Of a stretch of 64,000 bases of DNA, positions 1 to 9,617 are shown piece after piece. Position numbers and translations under genes: made by a program. Each line of letters opens with the position of its first letter. Within the stretch, counting starts at the first letter, position 1. The notes beneath the pieces are model-generated. The model saw only the letters and a program-made list of their open reading frames with translations, did not search any database and was not told the origin of the DNA. The stretch comes from Candidatus Aenigmatarchaeota archaeon (GTDB lineage: Archaea; Aenigmatarchaeota; Aenigmatarchaeia; Aenigmatarchaeales; JACQIB01): assembly GCA_016198755.1 (NCBI GenBank), contig JACQIB010000004.1, forward strand, positions 160,001-224,000, given 5' to 3'.

Positions 1-143
1 TGTTTTCTGACACTAAACCAGCTAGAGCTGTTGTTGGTGTATCCTCTCTTCCACTGGGAGCTTTAGTGGAAATCCAGTGTGAGGCAGCAGGCGACACTGT
101 TCCCCGCAGACTACTGGAAACTCCAGTTATGAATAATGCATGA
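1..143 (+). CDS. RidA/YjgF/UK114 family protein, C-terminal part (5'-truncated by window)
   Basis: Frame starting at nt 3 reads FSDTKPARAVVGVSSLPLGALVEIQCEA...; PAR...LPLGALVEI is the RidA C-terminal motif; TGA at 141-143. Confidence 0.8.
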   Translation, partial: FSDTKPARAVVGVSSLPLGALVEIQCEAAGDTVPRRLLETPVMNNA

Positions 144-151
144 AACCGCCG

Positions 152-289
152 CTATAGCAAATCGCTTATTTTTTTGTTTCTATGTACCTTTTCCTGTCCA
201 GATTTCACCCTCCTATCCAGTTCTATCAGAGAGTTCACAAAGCTGGGTTTGAAGGGCGGTTCAAGCACTCTTTCTTCAAATTGTACCAT
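152..289 (-). CDS. 45-aa antitoxin-like small protein (DUF2683-like), not in ORF track
   Basis: MVQFEERVLEPPFKPSFVNSLIELDRRVKSGQEKVHRNKKISDLL, preceded by GGTGA Shine-Dalgarno; follows the wHTH gene. Confidence 0.45.
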   Translation of the reverse strand: MVQFEERVLEPPFKPSFVNSLIELDRRVKSGQEKVHRNKKISDLL

Positions 290-311
290 ATTATTTCACC
301 TTGCCCAATCT

Positions 312-662
312 CTAGGCGGGAATGGGATGCTTTGTTTCTGTAGATTTTTTACTTTCTAAAATCTCTTTTGAAGCCATATCAGCAAGGGTCAATTCCAATT
401 CTATTATTTTTTTGACTACCGGACTCTCTTCATTAAGCTTATATAATTTTGTTTTCCCAAAAATCCTGGACACCTTTACGATGTTTGTTTTATCTAGCTT
501 GTTCCAGTATTTAAAAAGCGTAAGCCTTCCAATTCCCGATCCCTCCGCTATCTGCTTTTTTGAATAATCAAAGAGTCTATTTTCTAGAAGGAAATCTATA
601 ATTCTTATGATAGGATGGTTTCCTAAATACTCAATGAGTACGGATTTTTCAGTTTCTTGCAT
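312..662 (-). CDS. winged-helix DNA-binding protein
   Basis: IIRIIDFLLENRLFDYSKKQIAEGSGIGRLTLFKYWNKL HTH plus GKTKLYKLN wing; ATG at 662 fits upstream TATA. Confidence 0.75.
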   Translation of the reverse strand: MQETEKSVLIEYLGNHPIIRIIDFLLENRLFDYSKKQIAEGSGIGRLTLFKYWNKLDKTNIVKVSRIFGKTKLYKLNEESPVVKKIIELELTLADMASKEILESKKSTETKHPIPA

Positions 663-768
663 ACACAACAACCTTTGAAAGTTTGTTTAAATATACTTTG
701 AACGGTAAGTTTATATATAAGTGCCCTTATATGTATATACATATTCGAGAGAATATAATGTGGTAAAA

Positions 769-1095
769 ATGGATTACACAACAATTAAAATACCAGAACA
801 AACCTATGAACTTACTAAAAGATTGCAAGCGGAAATAGCAAAAAACGGATTCAAAAATCTCCCACTCGAAGTTAAAGGTTTACTTGCAGACAAAACATGT
901 CCCTTTGATTTTAACACCCTACAAAAAAATGAAGAATTAGGATATAATTGGTATATATGTAGAAAATGCAATTACCAGAAACAAATTGTAGATACATATC
1001 AAGCTAGTACACAAGAGATATTGGGATCTATTGCACTGGCGGCTATTATAACATTGGGTCTTGTTGCACTCGCAAATTACTTAGCAAAAAAGTGA
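769..1095 (+). CDS. hypothetical protein (RHH-like N-terminus, Cys motifs, C-terminal TM)
   Basis: YTTIKIPEQTYE start, CPFD...CRKC, hydrophobic C-terminus. Confidence 0.55.
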   Translation: MDYTTIKIPEQTYELTKRLQAEIAKNGFKNLPLEVKGLLADKTCPFDFNTLQKNEELGYNWYICRKCNYQKQIVDTYQASTQEILGSIALAAIITLGLVALANYLAKK

Positions 1096-1099
1096 TAGT

Positions 1100-1378
1100 A
1101 TGTCTGCCAAAATATCCGATGAACAGATAGAGGCAGACATACTCCACAAACTTTACAGAAAAAGAAAATGGGGCGCTTCTCATACAGATTTTACACATTT
1201 GTATAAAGGCGTCCCTCCAGAGTACGTCAGAGAGTATAAACAAATGGCAGAAAAGCTGATTCGAGAAGGCGTAATATTACGCAAGATAACATCTTATGGA
1301 TTACACGTTTCCCTAAATCCCAATATGAGCAAATATATAAAAGTTCGTATTAGGAAATTCTTTGAAAATATAATCTAA
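1100..1378 (+). CDS. small basic hypothetical protein, possibly a toxin-antitoxin component
   Basis: 92-aa ORF 4 nt after previous gene; LHKLYRKRKWGASHT motif. Confidence 0.55.
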   Translation: MSAKISDEQIEADILHKLYRKRKWGASHTDFTHLYKGVPPEYVREYKQMAEKLIREGVILRKITSYGLHVSLNPNMSKYIKVRIRKFFENII

Positions 1379-1779
1379 CTTTTCATTTTGATAGCTTCCA
1401 GCGCCTTTTCAGCCAGCTCTTTCAGGTTATTATACCCAATTCTTTCTAAAACTTCTTTCAGTTCAACCCATTCTGCTCCCTTAATTTCCCACTGTACCTT
1501 TATTTCCCCTGTCCCCCCCATTAGGAAAACATGAACAGTTTTAGCAATTGTTTTACCATCCCTCCTGTAAAAATACTTGTTCTCCCCCAGCTTTTCCAGT
1601 ATTTTTGCCTCAATCCCAGTCTCCTCTTTCACTTCTCTCAAAGCAGCCTGTTCAGGAGTCTCTCCCTTTTCTATTAATCCTTTTGGCACAGCCCATTTCC
1701 CATAACTGTCCAGAATAAGAAGCATTTTTCTGCTCTTTTTGTCCCATACAAACCCACCCGCAGAAACCTCGATTGGCAT
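1375..1779 (-). CDS. NUDIX hydrolase (Ap4A hydrolase-like)
   Basis: Nudix box GLIEKGETPEQAALREVKEETG; SAGG N-terminal motif. Confidence 0.9.
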   Translation of the reverse strand: MPIEVSAGGFVWDKKSRKMLLILDSYGKWAVPKGLIEKGETPEQAALREVKEETGIEAKILEKLGENKYFYRRDGKTIAKTVHVFLMGGTGEIKVQWEIKGAEWVELKEVLERIGYNNLKELAEKALEAIKMKS

Positions 1780-1885
1780 GCTAAATATTCGTTTCACAGG
1801 AATATTAACATATCACAAAATATTAACCACTTTAAAGTAACAAACAATAGTTAGCTTTATATAGAACTTCAACCCTATTATTTGT

Positions 1886-2242
1886 ATGGCATTTAATGGT
1901 TCGGCTGGTGGAAAAGCATTTCCCTTGGATGACAGCCACCTTTGTGGAAGGGAAGATGTACAGGCTATTCTAACAACATATAAAGGCCCTCTAGAAACTG
2001 CAATGAGAAAAGACTTTTTCTCTGGCTACTGTCCTGAAACAAGAAGGGATTTGGGGCAGAGAACAGTGATTAATACTGCCAGAGTAATGAGAGGTATGCA
2101 AGACGATCCTGCGCTTGCTCCATATTTTCAAAGCCCAGCACAAAAACTGGAAGCAATAGGAAGATATGTTAGGGATATAAGATTGGAATTGATGGAAGAG
2201 CTGGACAGGGAAGCTACTCTTGACAGGTCTGCAAGGGACTAG
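1886..2242 (+). CDS. hypothetical protein
   Basis: 118-aa ORF with TTTATATA box ~25 nt upstream (leaderless). Confidence 0.6.
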   Translation: MAFNGSAGGKAFPLDDSHLCGREDVQAILTTYKGPLETAMRKDFFSGYCPETRRDLGQRTVINTARVMRGMQDDPALAPYFQSPAQKLEAIGRYVRDIRLELMEELDREATLDRSARD

Positions 2243-2302
2243 ATAATCTATTGGCAACGGAACTGCTTTATAAATGTGAACATATAATATTTTATTGATA
2301 AA

Positions 2303-2962
2303 ATGTCCACTAGCACAAGCTCTGTTGTAGTAGCATTAATTATTGTTGTTCTTATTGGTTTATTTTTCTTACAGGTTTCTACTGGTTATATTACTACTAA
2401 TGGAGCATCAGTAACTCTTCCAGCTCCTGGAGGAAAACCAGATCTATATGTGAAAAGCATTAGTTTTTCCAATGGGAATTTAGTTACTGAAGTCGGGAAT
2501 AAAGGAGGTTTGGCTGCTACAATAAATGAAGATACTGTAGAGGCAGGAATACTCGGGAAGGATGGTATAGGACCTACAAAAGGATTATGCACTAATGAGG
2601 GAGCATATTGCAGCCCTGTATTTTACCCAAAATGCGGCGGGATAAAGCGTGCTGTTTGCAATACTAACACAAATCCAGGGCATTATTGTGCTTGTGGTTT
2701 CCCTTATGGAGATAATGAAAACAGTATAAAAAGCTATACAGTTCCGGCAGGTGGCAGCATCAAATTAAGCAAGTCTGTTTCCGGAATACCTGCGGATGAG
2801 TACCAGTTTGTTGTATCACTAGATACAAAGAATACTATAGCTGAGGCTGATGAAAACAATAACCAGCTTGCTAAAAATATAAAAATAACAGCTTCTACAC
2901 TTTCTCCTTTAGGCACACTATATAATAGGATAATATGCACAATTTTTAAGACTTCTTGCTGA
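2303..2962 (+). CDS. membrane-anchored CARDB-domain surface protein with Cys-rich insert
   Basis: N-terminal TM; KPDLYVKSI...VGNKG...DTKNTIAEADENNN CARDB motifs. Confidence 0.7.
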   Translation: MSTSTSSVVVALIIVVLIGLFFLQVSTGYITTNGASVTLPAPGGKPDLYVKSISFSNGNLVTEVGNKGGLAATINEDTVEAGILGKDGIGPTKGLCTNEGAYCSPVFYPKCGGIKRAVCNTNTNPGHYCACGFPYGDNENSIKSYTVPAGGSIKLSKSVSGIPADEYQFVVSLDTKNTIAEADENNNQLAKNIKITASTLSPLGTLYNRIICTIFKTSC

Positions 2963-3006
2963 TAGCTACGCAGTAGGCTTAAATATTTGGAAATCTATTC
3001 TGAGGT

Positions 3007-3645
3007 ATGGTTTTTAAGGAGCTGGCGGCTTTTGGCGGGAAAAAGAAGCCTTCTCAGAGGGATTTGGCGGAGGCTGTTCTGAAAGCTATACATACAATGG
3101 GTTTTGTAAGGCATTTTAAGGAAAAGGATATACCGCAGGATGTTCTGGATATGGTTTTGGAAGCTGGGACTAAAGCTCCGAGTGCTGGAAACCACCAACC
3201 ATGGGAATTTATAGTTGTTAGAGAAGAAGGGTTGAAAAAACATATACAGGAAGCTAGTTTTGAGGAAGACTGGATGATTTATGCTCCAGTCTATGTTGTT
3301 GTTTGTATAAACACTAAAATAGCTGCAACTACTTTTGGAGAGAGAGGAGAAAAGCTATATGGTATACAGGATACTGCAGCTGCAGCAGAGAACATGCTTT
3401 TGGCTGCCCATTCCCTTGGTTTGGGAGTAAGCTGGGTTGGTGGGTTCTCAGAACCGCAGGTTAAAACCCTTTTAGAATGCCCTGAATTTATCAGACCTGC
3501 AGCAATACTTTTGTTAGGCTGGCCAGCAGAAGAACCTGAATTGCACCCTCGCCATCCCTTATCACAGGTTTCCCATTATGAAAGATTTGGGAACAATGAG
3601 CAGTTTAAAAGATCAAACCCGCGCGAGCGCAGATATTCTCACTAG
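3007..3645 (+). CDS. nitroreductase family protein
   Basis: KAPSAGNHQPWEFIVV, AAAENMLLAAHSLGLGVSWVG. Confidence 0.9.
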   Translation: MVFKELAAFGGKKKPSQRDLAEAVLKAIHTMGFVRHFKEKDIPQDVLDMVLEAGTKAPSAGNHQPWEFIVVREEGLKKHIQEASFEEDWMIYAPVYVVVCINTKIAATTFGERGEKLYGIQDTAAAAENMLLAAHSLGLGVSWVGGFSEPQVKTLLECPEFIRPAAILLLGWPAEEPELHPRHPLSQVSHYERFGNNEQFKRSNPRERRYSH

Positions 3646-3697
3646 CAAAAACCCATGCTTTCTTAAAGGTTTCTTTCCAACTAAGTTTGGTTAATTT

Positions 3698-4876
3698 ATG
3701 GTATTGAAAGGCAATATAAAGGGAAGAGCAGAATATTTAGGGAAAGGACAAATTACAGACAACCCGCTATTTAATGTAGGAGTTGGAAAATTTGAAGCTT
3801 GGTTAGAAGGAAGCCAGCAGAGAGGATTGGTATATGGCGGTCCAGGTTCTGGAAAAACCTTCCTTTTAAGGCATTTTGCAGACAGCGCTGGAATAGTACA
3901 TTATACTTTAGACAAGGAAACATACGAAATGAAGCATTTGTCTTCTCCTAGAGGGGATGAAAAGATAGTTGTATGCGATGATGCCAATTATGCACTGAAG
4001 GCTGCTAGGATACGGGAACTTAGGGGTGAAAGGGGGATAGTTAACGAAGTTGTAGAACGTATTTTGGGGCTTGAAACAGAAGCTGAAAAATCAGGGCAAA
4101 GATTTTTGCTTGCAAGCACAGAGAATATTGGAACTCTTGCCAGCAGGATAAAAGATCCTGAAACAAGGACAAAATTCGTGCGCAGGTTTGCTGATGTTTG
4201 CACTCACTACGATGTGGGTGCTTTAAAGTATGCGGGTCTTCCACCTATTATAGAAATAGAACATTTAGATAATGTTATAGAAAGAGAGTTTGATCCTAAT
4301 GCCAAGCACGAAGGATTTAGAATTAGCGGTGCTGAGCGTGAACTTGAACTTATAGTTAGAGAAAGTTTTGGTATGAAAAATATACCATTTTTATGGAAAT
4401 ATAATTGGGAATTCGAAAGCCAAGATCGTAAAACAAAAAAATGGGTAATGGATCATGATAGTATGTTTATTATTGATTTGAAATTACTTAACTCTTTCGA
4501 TGCTATATCACATTTGAATATTGGTTGGAAATTAAATAGCTATATGTATCTCTCTACTTTAAGAAAACTTTATTTAGCACAATCAGAATTAGGCAGAATT
4601 TCAATTAATTCTATAAATAGATATCTCGATAAAATACCCGCATCCAGCAGGTTACCAGTACCAATAAGCAGAGCTATTCCAGAGTCCAAATTGCCAAATG
4701 ACGAATGGCATTTCACAACTGATAGCAGGCCCTTAGGTACTATAAAATTTGTTCTGGATACAATATACAGGGAGGCTATGCACGATACACTGTCCACTGC
4801 ACGGGAGCTTTTCAGTGCACCAACAGATCAGGAAGCTGAAGCAGTTCTGCTTGGAACAGCTATAGCTGCGGAGTAA
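3698..4876 (+). CDS. divergent AAA-type P-loop ATPase
   Basis: Walker A GGPGSGKT, Walker B IVVCDDA. Confidence 0.7.
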   Translation: MVLKGNIKGRAEYLGKGQITDNPLFNVGVGKFEAWLEGSQQRGLVYGGPGSGKTFLLRHFADSAGIVHYTLDKETYEMKHLSSPRGDEKIVVCDDANYALKAARIRELRGERGIVNEVVERILGLETEAEKSGQRFLLASTENIGTLASRIKDPETRTKFVRRFADVCTHYDVGALKYAGLPPIIEIEHLDNVIEREFDPNAKHEGFRISGAERELELIVRESFGMKNIPFLWKYNWEFESQDRKTKKWVMDHDSMFIIDLKLLNSFDAISHLNIGWKLNSYMYLSTLRKLYLAQSELGRISINSINRYLDKIPASSRLPVPISRAIPESKLPNDEWHFTTDSRPLGTIKFVLDTIYREAMHDTLSTARELFSAPTDQEAEAVLLGTAIAAE

Positions 4877-4888
4877 CAAGTGAATTTT

Positions 4889-5488
4889 ATGAGTGACAGG
4901 ATTTTGCTTTCTATAGCACATGGAAGAAAAGAACTTTTAGATATGGTAGAACAGGCCATTGGACTATATGCGCCTAAAACTCTTGGTTTAGAGCTTCCGC
5001 CTTCTTATGAGGAAATGTACAGGAATGGCGTGGATGTGAGCTTTCTAGGTCCTTTGTCAAGATATGCAAAAGAAGGCAGGATAGGTGTTATACCCCTTGA
5101 TGATGAAGACCTTAGTGCCTGTCATTTAATGCTTGGCATGGCAAAGGAAGAATTGAAGGGTAATAATGAAATTGGAAAAACAAGGCAAAGGATAGCACAA
5201 ATTAGGGCCAATAGTAAAATGCTAGAACATAAAAGGAACTATGCTGCCGCTTATCTTGGAAGAAGAATTGATCTTGCTGAGAAAACACTTTCTGCCCTAA
5301 AAGAACTCACAAGAGAGGAAGCTCTTGCGGAAGTTGGAAAAGAATTCAAATTGAAGCTTTCCCAGCAGGCAATACACGCAAGAAAGATTATTGAGGAGAG
5401 AGCACCAGACATGGTAGCTCTTATAGATCAGGGAGCTAATTTACTTGCCCCACTTATACCTGACTATACTGTTGTTGTAGTGGCTTAA
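4889..5488 (+). CDS. hypothetical protein
   Basis: Long ORF directly after the ATPase; LGLELP...IPLDD TraB/GumN-like elements, weak. Confidence 0.55.
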   Translation: MSDRILLSIAHGRKELLDMVEQAIGLYAPKTLGLELPPSYEEMYRNGVDVSFLGPLSRYAKEGRIGVIPLDDEDLSACHLMLGMAKEELKGNNEIGKTRQRIAQIRANSKMLEHKRNYAAAYLGRRIDLAEKTLSALKELTREEALAEVGKEFKLKLSQQAIHARKIIEERAPDMVALIDQGANLLAPLIPDYTVVVVA

Positions 5489-5655
5489 GCAGGCTTTCTA
5501 TAAGCCTATTTATGCTTTTAATATTGACGAAGAATATAATGATGGGAGCTATCATTTCAAGGATCCTTTTATCCCAAAGGAGGGCAAAATACCCGCCAGT
5601 GAAATTGGAGAATGGATTATAACATATCCTGTAGCTTATATGCTCTCTATATAGT

Positions 5656-6687
5656 TTACCTTCCAAAAAAATTCCATCTGCTTTGGGTTGTAGCTGCCAC
5701 CAATTCTCTGTCAGAGCTTTTCATCAGCCCCAGTTTCAAAGCTTCCGGAAGCGGCAGGCTCTTTAATCTTCTAAGCCCATCCCTGTATGGACTATCAACT
5801 GCGCAGGAAGGTGCATAGTTTGTATCCTCCGCATATCCTAATTCCTGTGAAACCTGATCAGAAACCCAGGAAGCAAATCCCTCCCTTAACATTTTTGATC
5901 CACGCATTTTATTTTCATAAGATCCTAGTTTATCTCCCCGTTCTTTTACCAAACTTCTATATTTTGTCATTTTATCATTGAAAGTCGTTGTATGTCCATT
6001 AAATATTGGTATTAGTCTAAGCATAGCATTGCTGAACGCATCTGATGTAAGTGGGGCTTGAGCAGGTTCCACACCTTTAATTTTACATAGTTCATTCCAG
6101 AGTGCTTGCATAGAACCTTCTAAAGCAACAAATTCTTTTGCATCCATTCCTATAGCTCCATACTCAAACTGCGGTATATGCCCTAATTCATGTGCAAGAA
6201 CCCTCTGAAAACGTTCCTTAGGCAGAGACAGCCTTGGGTCTGTATACATCTCTATAATGTATCTCCACTCTCCATCAACTACGCGGGGAATAGTTAATCC
6301 CCTATCTACAACACCAGCCATTCCTTTTACAAGTTCTACTTGTATAGCAGAAATATCCCCTGTTAATCCCGATTTATCTAAACTCCCTTCCAAAGCTTCA
6401 TCATACCTTTGTTCTTCTGTTAGTAAAGTTGCTTTTACCCTATCATAAGGTATAAATTCCTCCCTACCTTCACCATCAAATAATTCTTTAAATTCACCAA
6501 CAACTTCATCTGCAGCTGTTTGAAATTCAGCAGAAGCAGGAACAATGCCCAATGACCTGTGCATATTAGAAAGGCCCCTTTCAGCTATGATATCAAAAAC
6601 ACCATCCAGCTGTTCTTCTGGTAATTCTCTCAATGCCTGTTGGATAACAGCCTTAGGCTGCACCATCTCTACAGCTAGCCTTCCCAT
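5656..6687 (-). CDS. HExxH zinc metallopeptidase-like protein
   Basis: VLAHELGH plus downstream REGFASW third-ligand motif (gluzincin pattern). Confidence 0.65.
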   Translation of the reverse strand: MGRLAVEMVQPKAVIQQALRELPEEQLDGVFDIIAERGLSNMHRSLGIVPASAEFQTAADEVVGEFKELFDGEGREEFIPYDRVKATLLTEEQRYDEALEGSLDKSGLTGDISAIQVELVKGMAGVVDRGLTIPRVVDGEWRYIIEMYTDPRLSLPKERFQRVLAHELGHIPQFEYGAIGMDAKEFVALEGSMQALWNELCKIKGVEPAQAPLTSDAFSNAMLRLIPIFNGHTTTFNDKMTKYRSLVKERGDKLGSYENKMRGSKMLREGFASWVSDQVSQELGYAEDTNYAPSCAVDSPYRDGLRRLKSLPLPEALKLGLMKSSDRELVAATTQSRWNFFGR

Positions 6688-6760
6688 ACTATATAATTGG
6701 TTCTAGGTTGTATATAAAGCTTTTATCACTTACAAGTGGTAATATAATTGACTCTTAGCC

Positions 6761-7264
6761 TCAGAACCTATACTCCTCTATCTTGTAAACCTGTGCGGTT
6801 GTAACTTCTTTCCACTCTGCAATTAGCTCAGAAAACTTCTGCCTTATGTCCATCATAGTTTTGCTCATGTTTGAATTATTTTCAGAAATCATTAACATAT
6901 ACAAATCAAAATCCCCCATCATTGAAATTAAAATAGGGATGCGGTCATGGAACTTCAGGTAGTCTATAAGTTCCTTGTAACGAACTTCAGTAATGTTCTG
7001 AAGCCTTATGTAAACATGGGAAGCAACTGGAAAGCCAAGCTTTGAGGGATTTATCATTATTGTAAACCTGTCTATAACCCCATTTTTCTTTAGTTTATCA
7101 ATCCTGTCCTTTACAGCATCTATCGAGAGCCCAACCTCCTTTCCAATTTCTTTCAGCGTAGCTCTCGAGTTTTTGTTCAAATAATTCACTATAGCCCTGT
7201 CTTTCTCGTCAATTTTCAATTTCCCCTCTAGTTTTTCGGTTTTTACCTGTTCTTTTCCTTCCAT
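6761..7264 (-). CDS. Lrp/AsnC family transcriptional regulator
   Basis: IDEKDRAIVNYLNKNSRATLKEIGKEVGLS...RIDKLKKNGVI; GDFDL in RAM domain. Confidence 0.92.
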   Translation of the reverse strand: MEGKEQVKTEKLEGKLKIDEKDRAIVNYLNKNSRATLKEIGKEVGLSIDAVKDRIDKLKKNGVIDRFTIMINPSKLGFPVASHVYIRLQNITEVRYKELIDYLKFHDRIPILISMMGDFDLYMLMISENNSNMSKTMMDIRQKFSELIAEWKEVTTAQVYKIEEYRF

Positions 7265-7381
7265 ATTAGCTAATTATTCGTTCTAATATATAAATATACC
7301 TTTTTTCTCGCTCAAAATAGGGCAAAGTATCTAATATATGGGATGCTTAATAATAGATAACTACTATGAGGTGATTAAAAA

Positions 7382-7513
7382 ATGTTCGCATCATCAAACC
7401 AAATACCAGACCATATACAAAGGATATTGGACACAGAGAACAAGGCAACGTTCTCAGACCCAGAGAAGAGGTTTAAAGAACATGACCCTCTCCTGAGCGA
7501 GATGGAGACATAG
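7382..7513 (+). CDS. 43-aa small protein, not in ORF track
   Basis: GAGGTGAT Shine-Dalgarno; MFASSNQIPDHIQRILDTENKATFSDPEKRFKEHDPLLSEMET; next gene starts 11 nt later. Confidence 0.6.
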   Translation: MFASSNQIPDHIQRILDTENKATFSDPEKRFKEHDPLLSEMET

Positions 7514-7524
7514 AGGAGAGTTAA

Positions 7525-8088
7525 ATGGGTGAAAATTCAAGCGATCCAAAAGAAGCTGCTGCTTTGCCAGTAAGGACAAGGTATGCTTTTGATGGGAGAG
7601 GCGGCAGGGACAATCCACATTATCTTGCAAATCTAAAGGCTGTTTTAGAGGCCGAAACTGGAGGTAGGGTAACACAGGTTTTACCTGGATTAGCTGTAGT
7701 TGAGAACCCCCAAAAGGCTTCGCATGAAATTATGTTAGGAGCAGATAGATATGTACGTGGAGGGGATGAGTTTCCTGCTCCAGAAGTTAGTGAGCCTGAA
7801 AGCCCTCCAACCAGAGCAGCCTATGGGATTGCAAGCGTTCATACTCTTGATAATCCACGCGGCTGGAAACAAATATTAGATAATGGGATTTCAGATAGGA
7901 AAGCTGCAAGACATACATACGCTGAAACAGTGAGCAGAAGATTGAAAGAGACAACAGGAGGGGAAGTCACACCAGACGGGATTGATATATATTTGATAAG
8001 CAATCCTCCAGCGAAGCTGCCAGATAAAGTAACAATTCCGGAATTTGGAGAAAGGTTTGAAAAACTCTGGGAAAAATGGGAGGGATAA
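7525..8088 (+). CDS. hypothetical protein with internal duplication
   Basis: TRYAFD...LEAETGGRVT recurs as AAYGIA...LKETTGGEVT. Confidence 0.6.
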   Translation: MGENSSDPKEAAALPVRTRYAFDGRGGRDNPHYLANLKAVLEAETGGRVTQVLPGLAVVENPQKASHEIMLGADRYVRGGDEFPAPEVSEPESPPTRAAYGIASVHTLDNPRGWKQILDNGISDRKAARHTYAETVSRRLKETTGGEVTPDGIDIYLISNPPAKLPDKVTIPEFGERFEKLWEKWEG

Positions 8089-8089
8089 A

Positions 8090-8668
8090 ATGGATAATAC
8101 AGCTGCCCATTACTTAGATGCTTTTGAAAAAGCACAAGCTCTGCCTTTTGACAGCGACCACATAAAGCCTTTCCCGCGACATACACTTACAAGCGCTTAT
8201 GTTTTCTCCCCAACTTACAAAACTGATGTTTTAAGGGAGAGGATTGAGGAGGTTGTTGGTGTTATACCCAAACTTCCAGAAAGTATAGCAAGAGCTCCGG
8301 TTTTGTATGTTCTTGAAGCTGCTGTGCCAGAAGGGTTTGGAAAGGCTTACAGGGAAAACATTATGGCTAACCAGAATTTGGAGTATTCTAGAGAAAAAAA
8401 GATAGAAATGGTAGAAGGATTTTTGGCATCCCTTCCAAATCAACATACAAGTGCAGTTTTCATGAGGGCTGCAACAAATCCTCATGTAGATGATGAAGCA
8501 ACAAAAGCCAGTGGAAATGTGCTTTTGAAAGCATTCGAACCAATGGAAAAGGAAATCTCGTGGAGGTTTAAAGAAGCAAGTCAACACATGATGACTCCCA
8601 TAATGGAAATACGCGATATTCTTCGGTCCTGTGATCCGCGGCTGGTAGATAGAGAGTTCAATAGATGA
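8090..8668 (+). CDS. hypothetical protein
   Basis: ATG at 8090 with GGAGG SD, immediately after the previous stop. Confidence 0.6.
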   Translation: MDNTAAHYLDAFEKAQALPFDSDHIKPFPRHTLTSAYVFSPTYKTDVLRERIEEVVGVIPKLPESIARAPVLYVLEAAVPEGFGKAYRENIMANQNLEYSREKKIEMVEGFLASLPNQHTSAVFMRAATNPHVDDEATKASGNVLLKAFEPMEKEISWRFKEASQHMMTPIMEIRDILRSCDPRLVDREFNR

Positions 8669-9261
8669 ATGAGGTAGAGAAAATGAGTGATGTAAAAACA
8701 GAAAACGGGAATGGGGTTAAGCTTGAGATACATAAAATTGGGGAAGGGATAGAAAAATACAGGGTGCTTAACTGGCCAATGCCATTTACATTTTATACAG
8801 ATCCTGATGTAAGGAGACTTACTGGTGTCTATTCCCCAGGCGTTGTGCATGTTAAGGATGGGCTGGGTGATATAAGCAGCTCAAGGATTGGATGTGCTTT
8901 CCCTCCACAAGAACTGGCACTAGAAAAGGTTGTACATCCAATAGTTTCAATTTCAACTGCTCTTGGAGAGTTTGGAGGCGTTGATTTAGAGAGCCACAGT
9001 ACAGCTGTTAAATGGGCTAACTATTTTCTGCAGGAACAGAAACATCCTTTTAGGGCAGATCATAATCCGGAAAATCTCAAAAGAGCTGAAAAAGCTGGAT
9101 ACTTGCGTGTAGGAACTATAGAAGGTGTAGAAGTTTATTTCCCGCAGGAAAAGGCTGTGAGAGCAATGTGCAATCAAAGAATGGAGGATGTTCTTTATTC
9201 TATATCACTGCATACTGGAGCAGCAATTGGAACTGGGCATAAAAGGCCCCCGCCCGATTAA
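8665..9261 (+). CDS. hypothetical protein
   Basis: Overlaps previous stop; last gene of an apparent four-gene operon. Confidence 0.6.
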   Translation: MNEVEKMSDVKTENGNGVKLEIHKIGEGIEKYRVLNWPMPFTFYTDPDVRRLTGVYSPGVVHVKDGLGDISSSRIGCAFPPQELALEKVVHPIVSISTALGEFGGVDLESHSTAVKWANYFLQEQKHPFRADHNPENLKRAEKAGYLRVGTIEGVEVYFPQEKAVRAMCNQRMEDVLYSISLHTGAAIGTGHKRPPPD

Positions 9262-9463
9262 TTAAACCCGTCTGACTTGAAAAGCAGGAAAACTGGGGGT
9301 GCTTCTCCGACCCAAACTTCAAACCCTTTTTCAAACTCCATTTTTCTCAACTCCTAATTTTTCATCGGGGGTGGGAAAGTATTTTGTAAATATTGTTAAT
9401 ACAGCTTCTCTGTCCATTTTCTTCACCCTGTTTTTTGTTTTTTTATATGTTAGTTAAAGTAGA

Positions 9464-9600
9464 GGGGCGGGCAGCCCATTTGGTTGCGCTTGTTTCCAAT
9501 TCACTTGCTGCGCGAAATTGTTAAGGCTGCCCAGCCCCAGCGAATGCCCATTCCACACCGCTAAAGTGGGGGTTGTGCGGTGTTTACTCAGGCATTGCGC
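9464..9600 (-). ncRNA. candidate structured RNA (two GC-rich hairpins with internal loops) downstream of ftsZ
   Basis: Stems AATGCCT/GGGCATT + CACCGC/GCGGTG and GGGCAGCCT/GGGCTGCCC + GCGC/GCGC; G-U wobbles favour minus strand. Confidence 0.45.
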
Positions 9601-9617
9601 AAAAGTACTGGTTCATT

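Noticed and set aside
9464-9600. SRP RNA, RNase P RNA or 5S rRNA
   Set aside because: Lacks the SRP helix 8 motif, RNase P GAGGAAAGUCC and 5S conserved motifs; kept only as an unknown structured element
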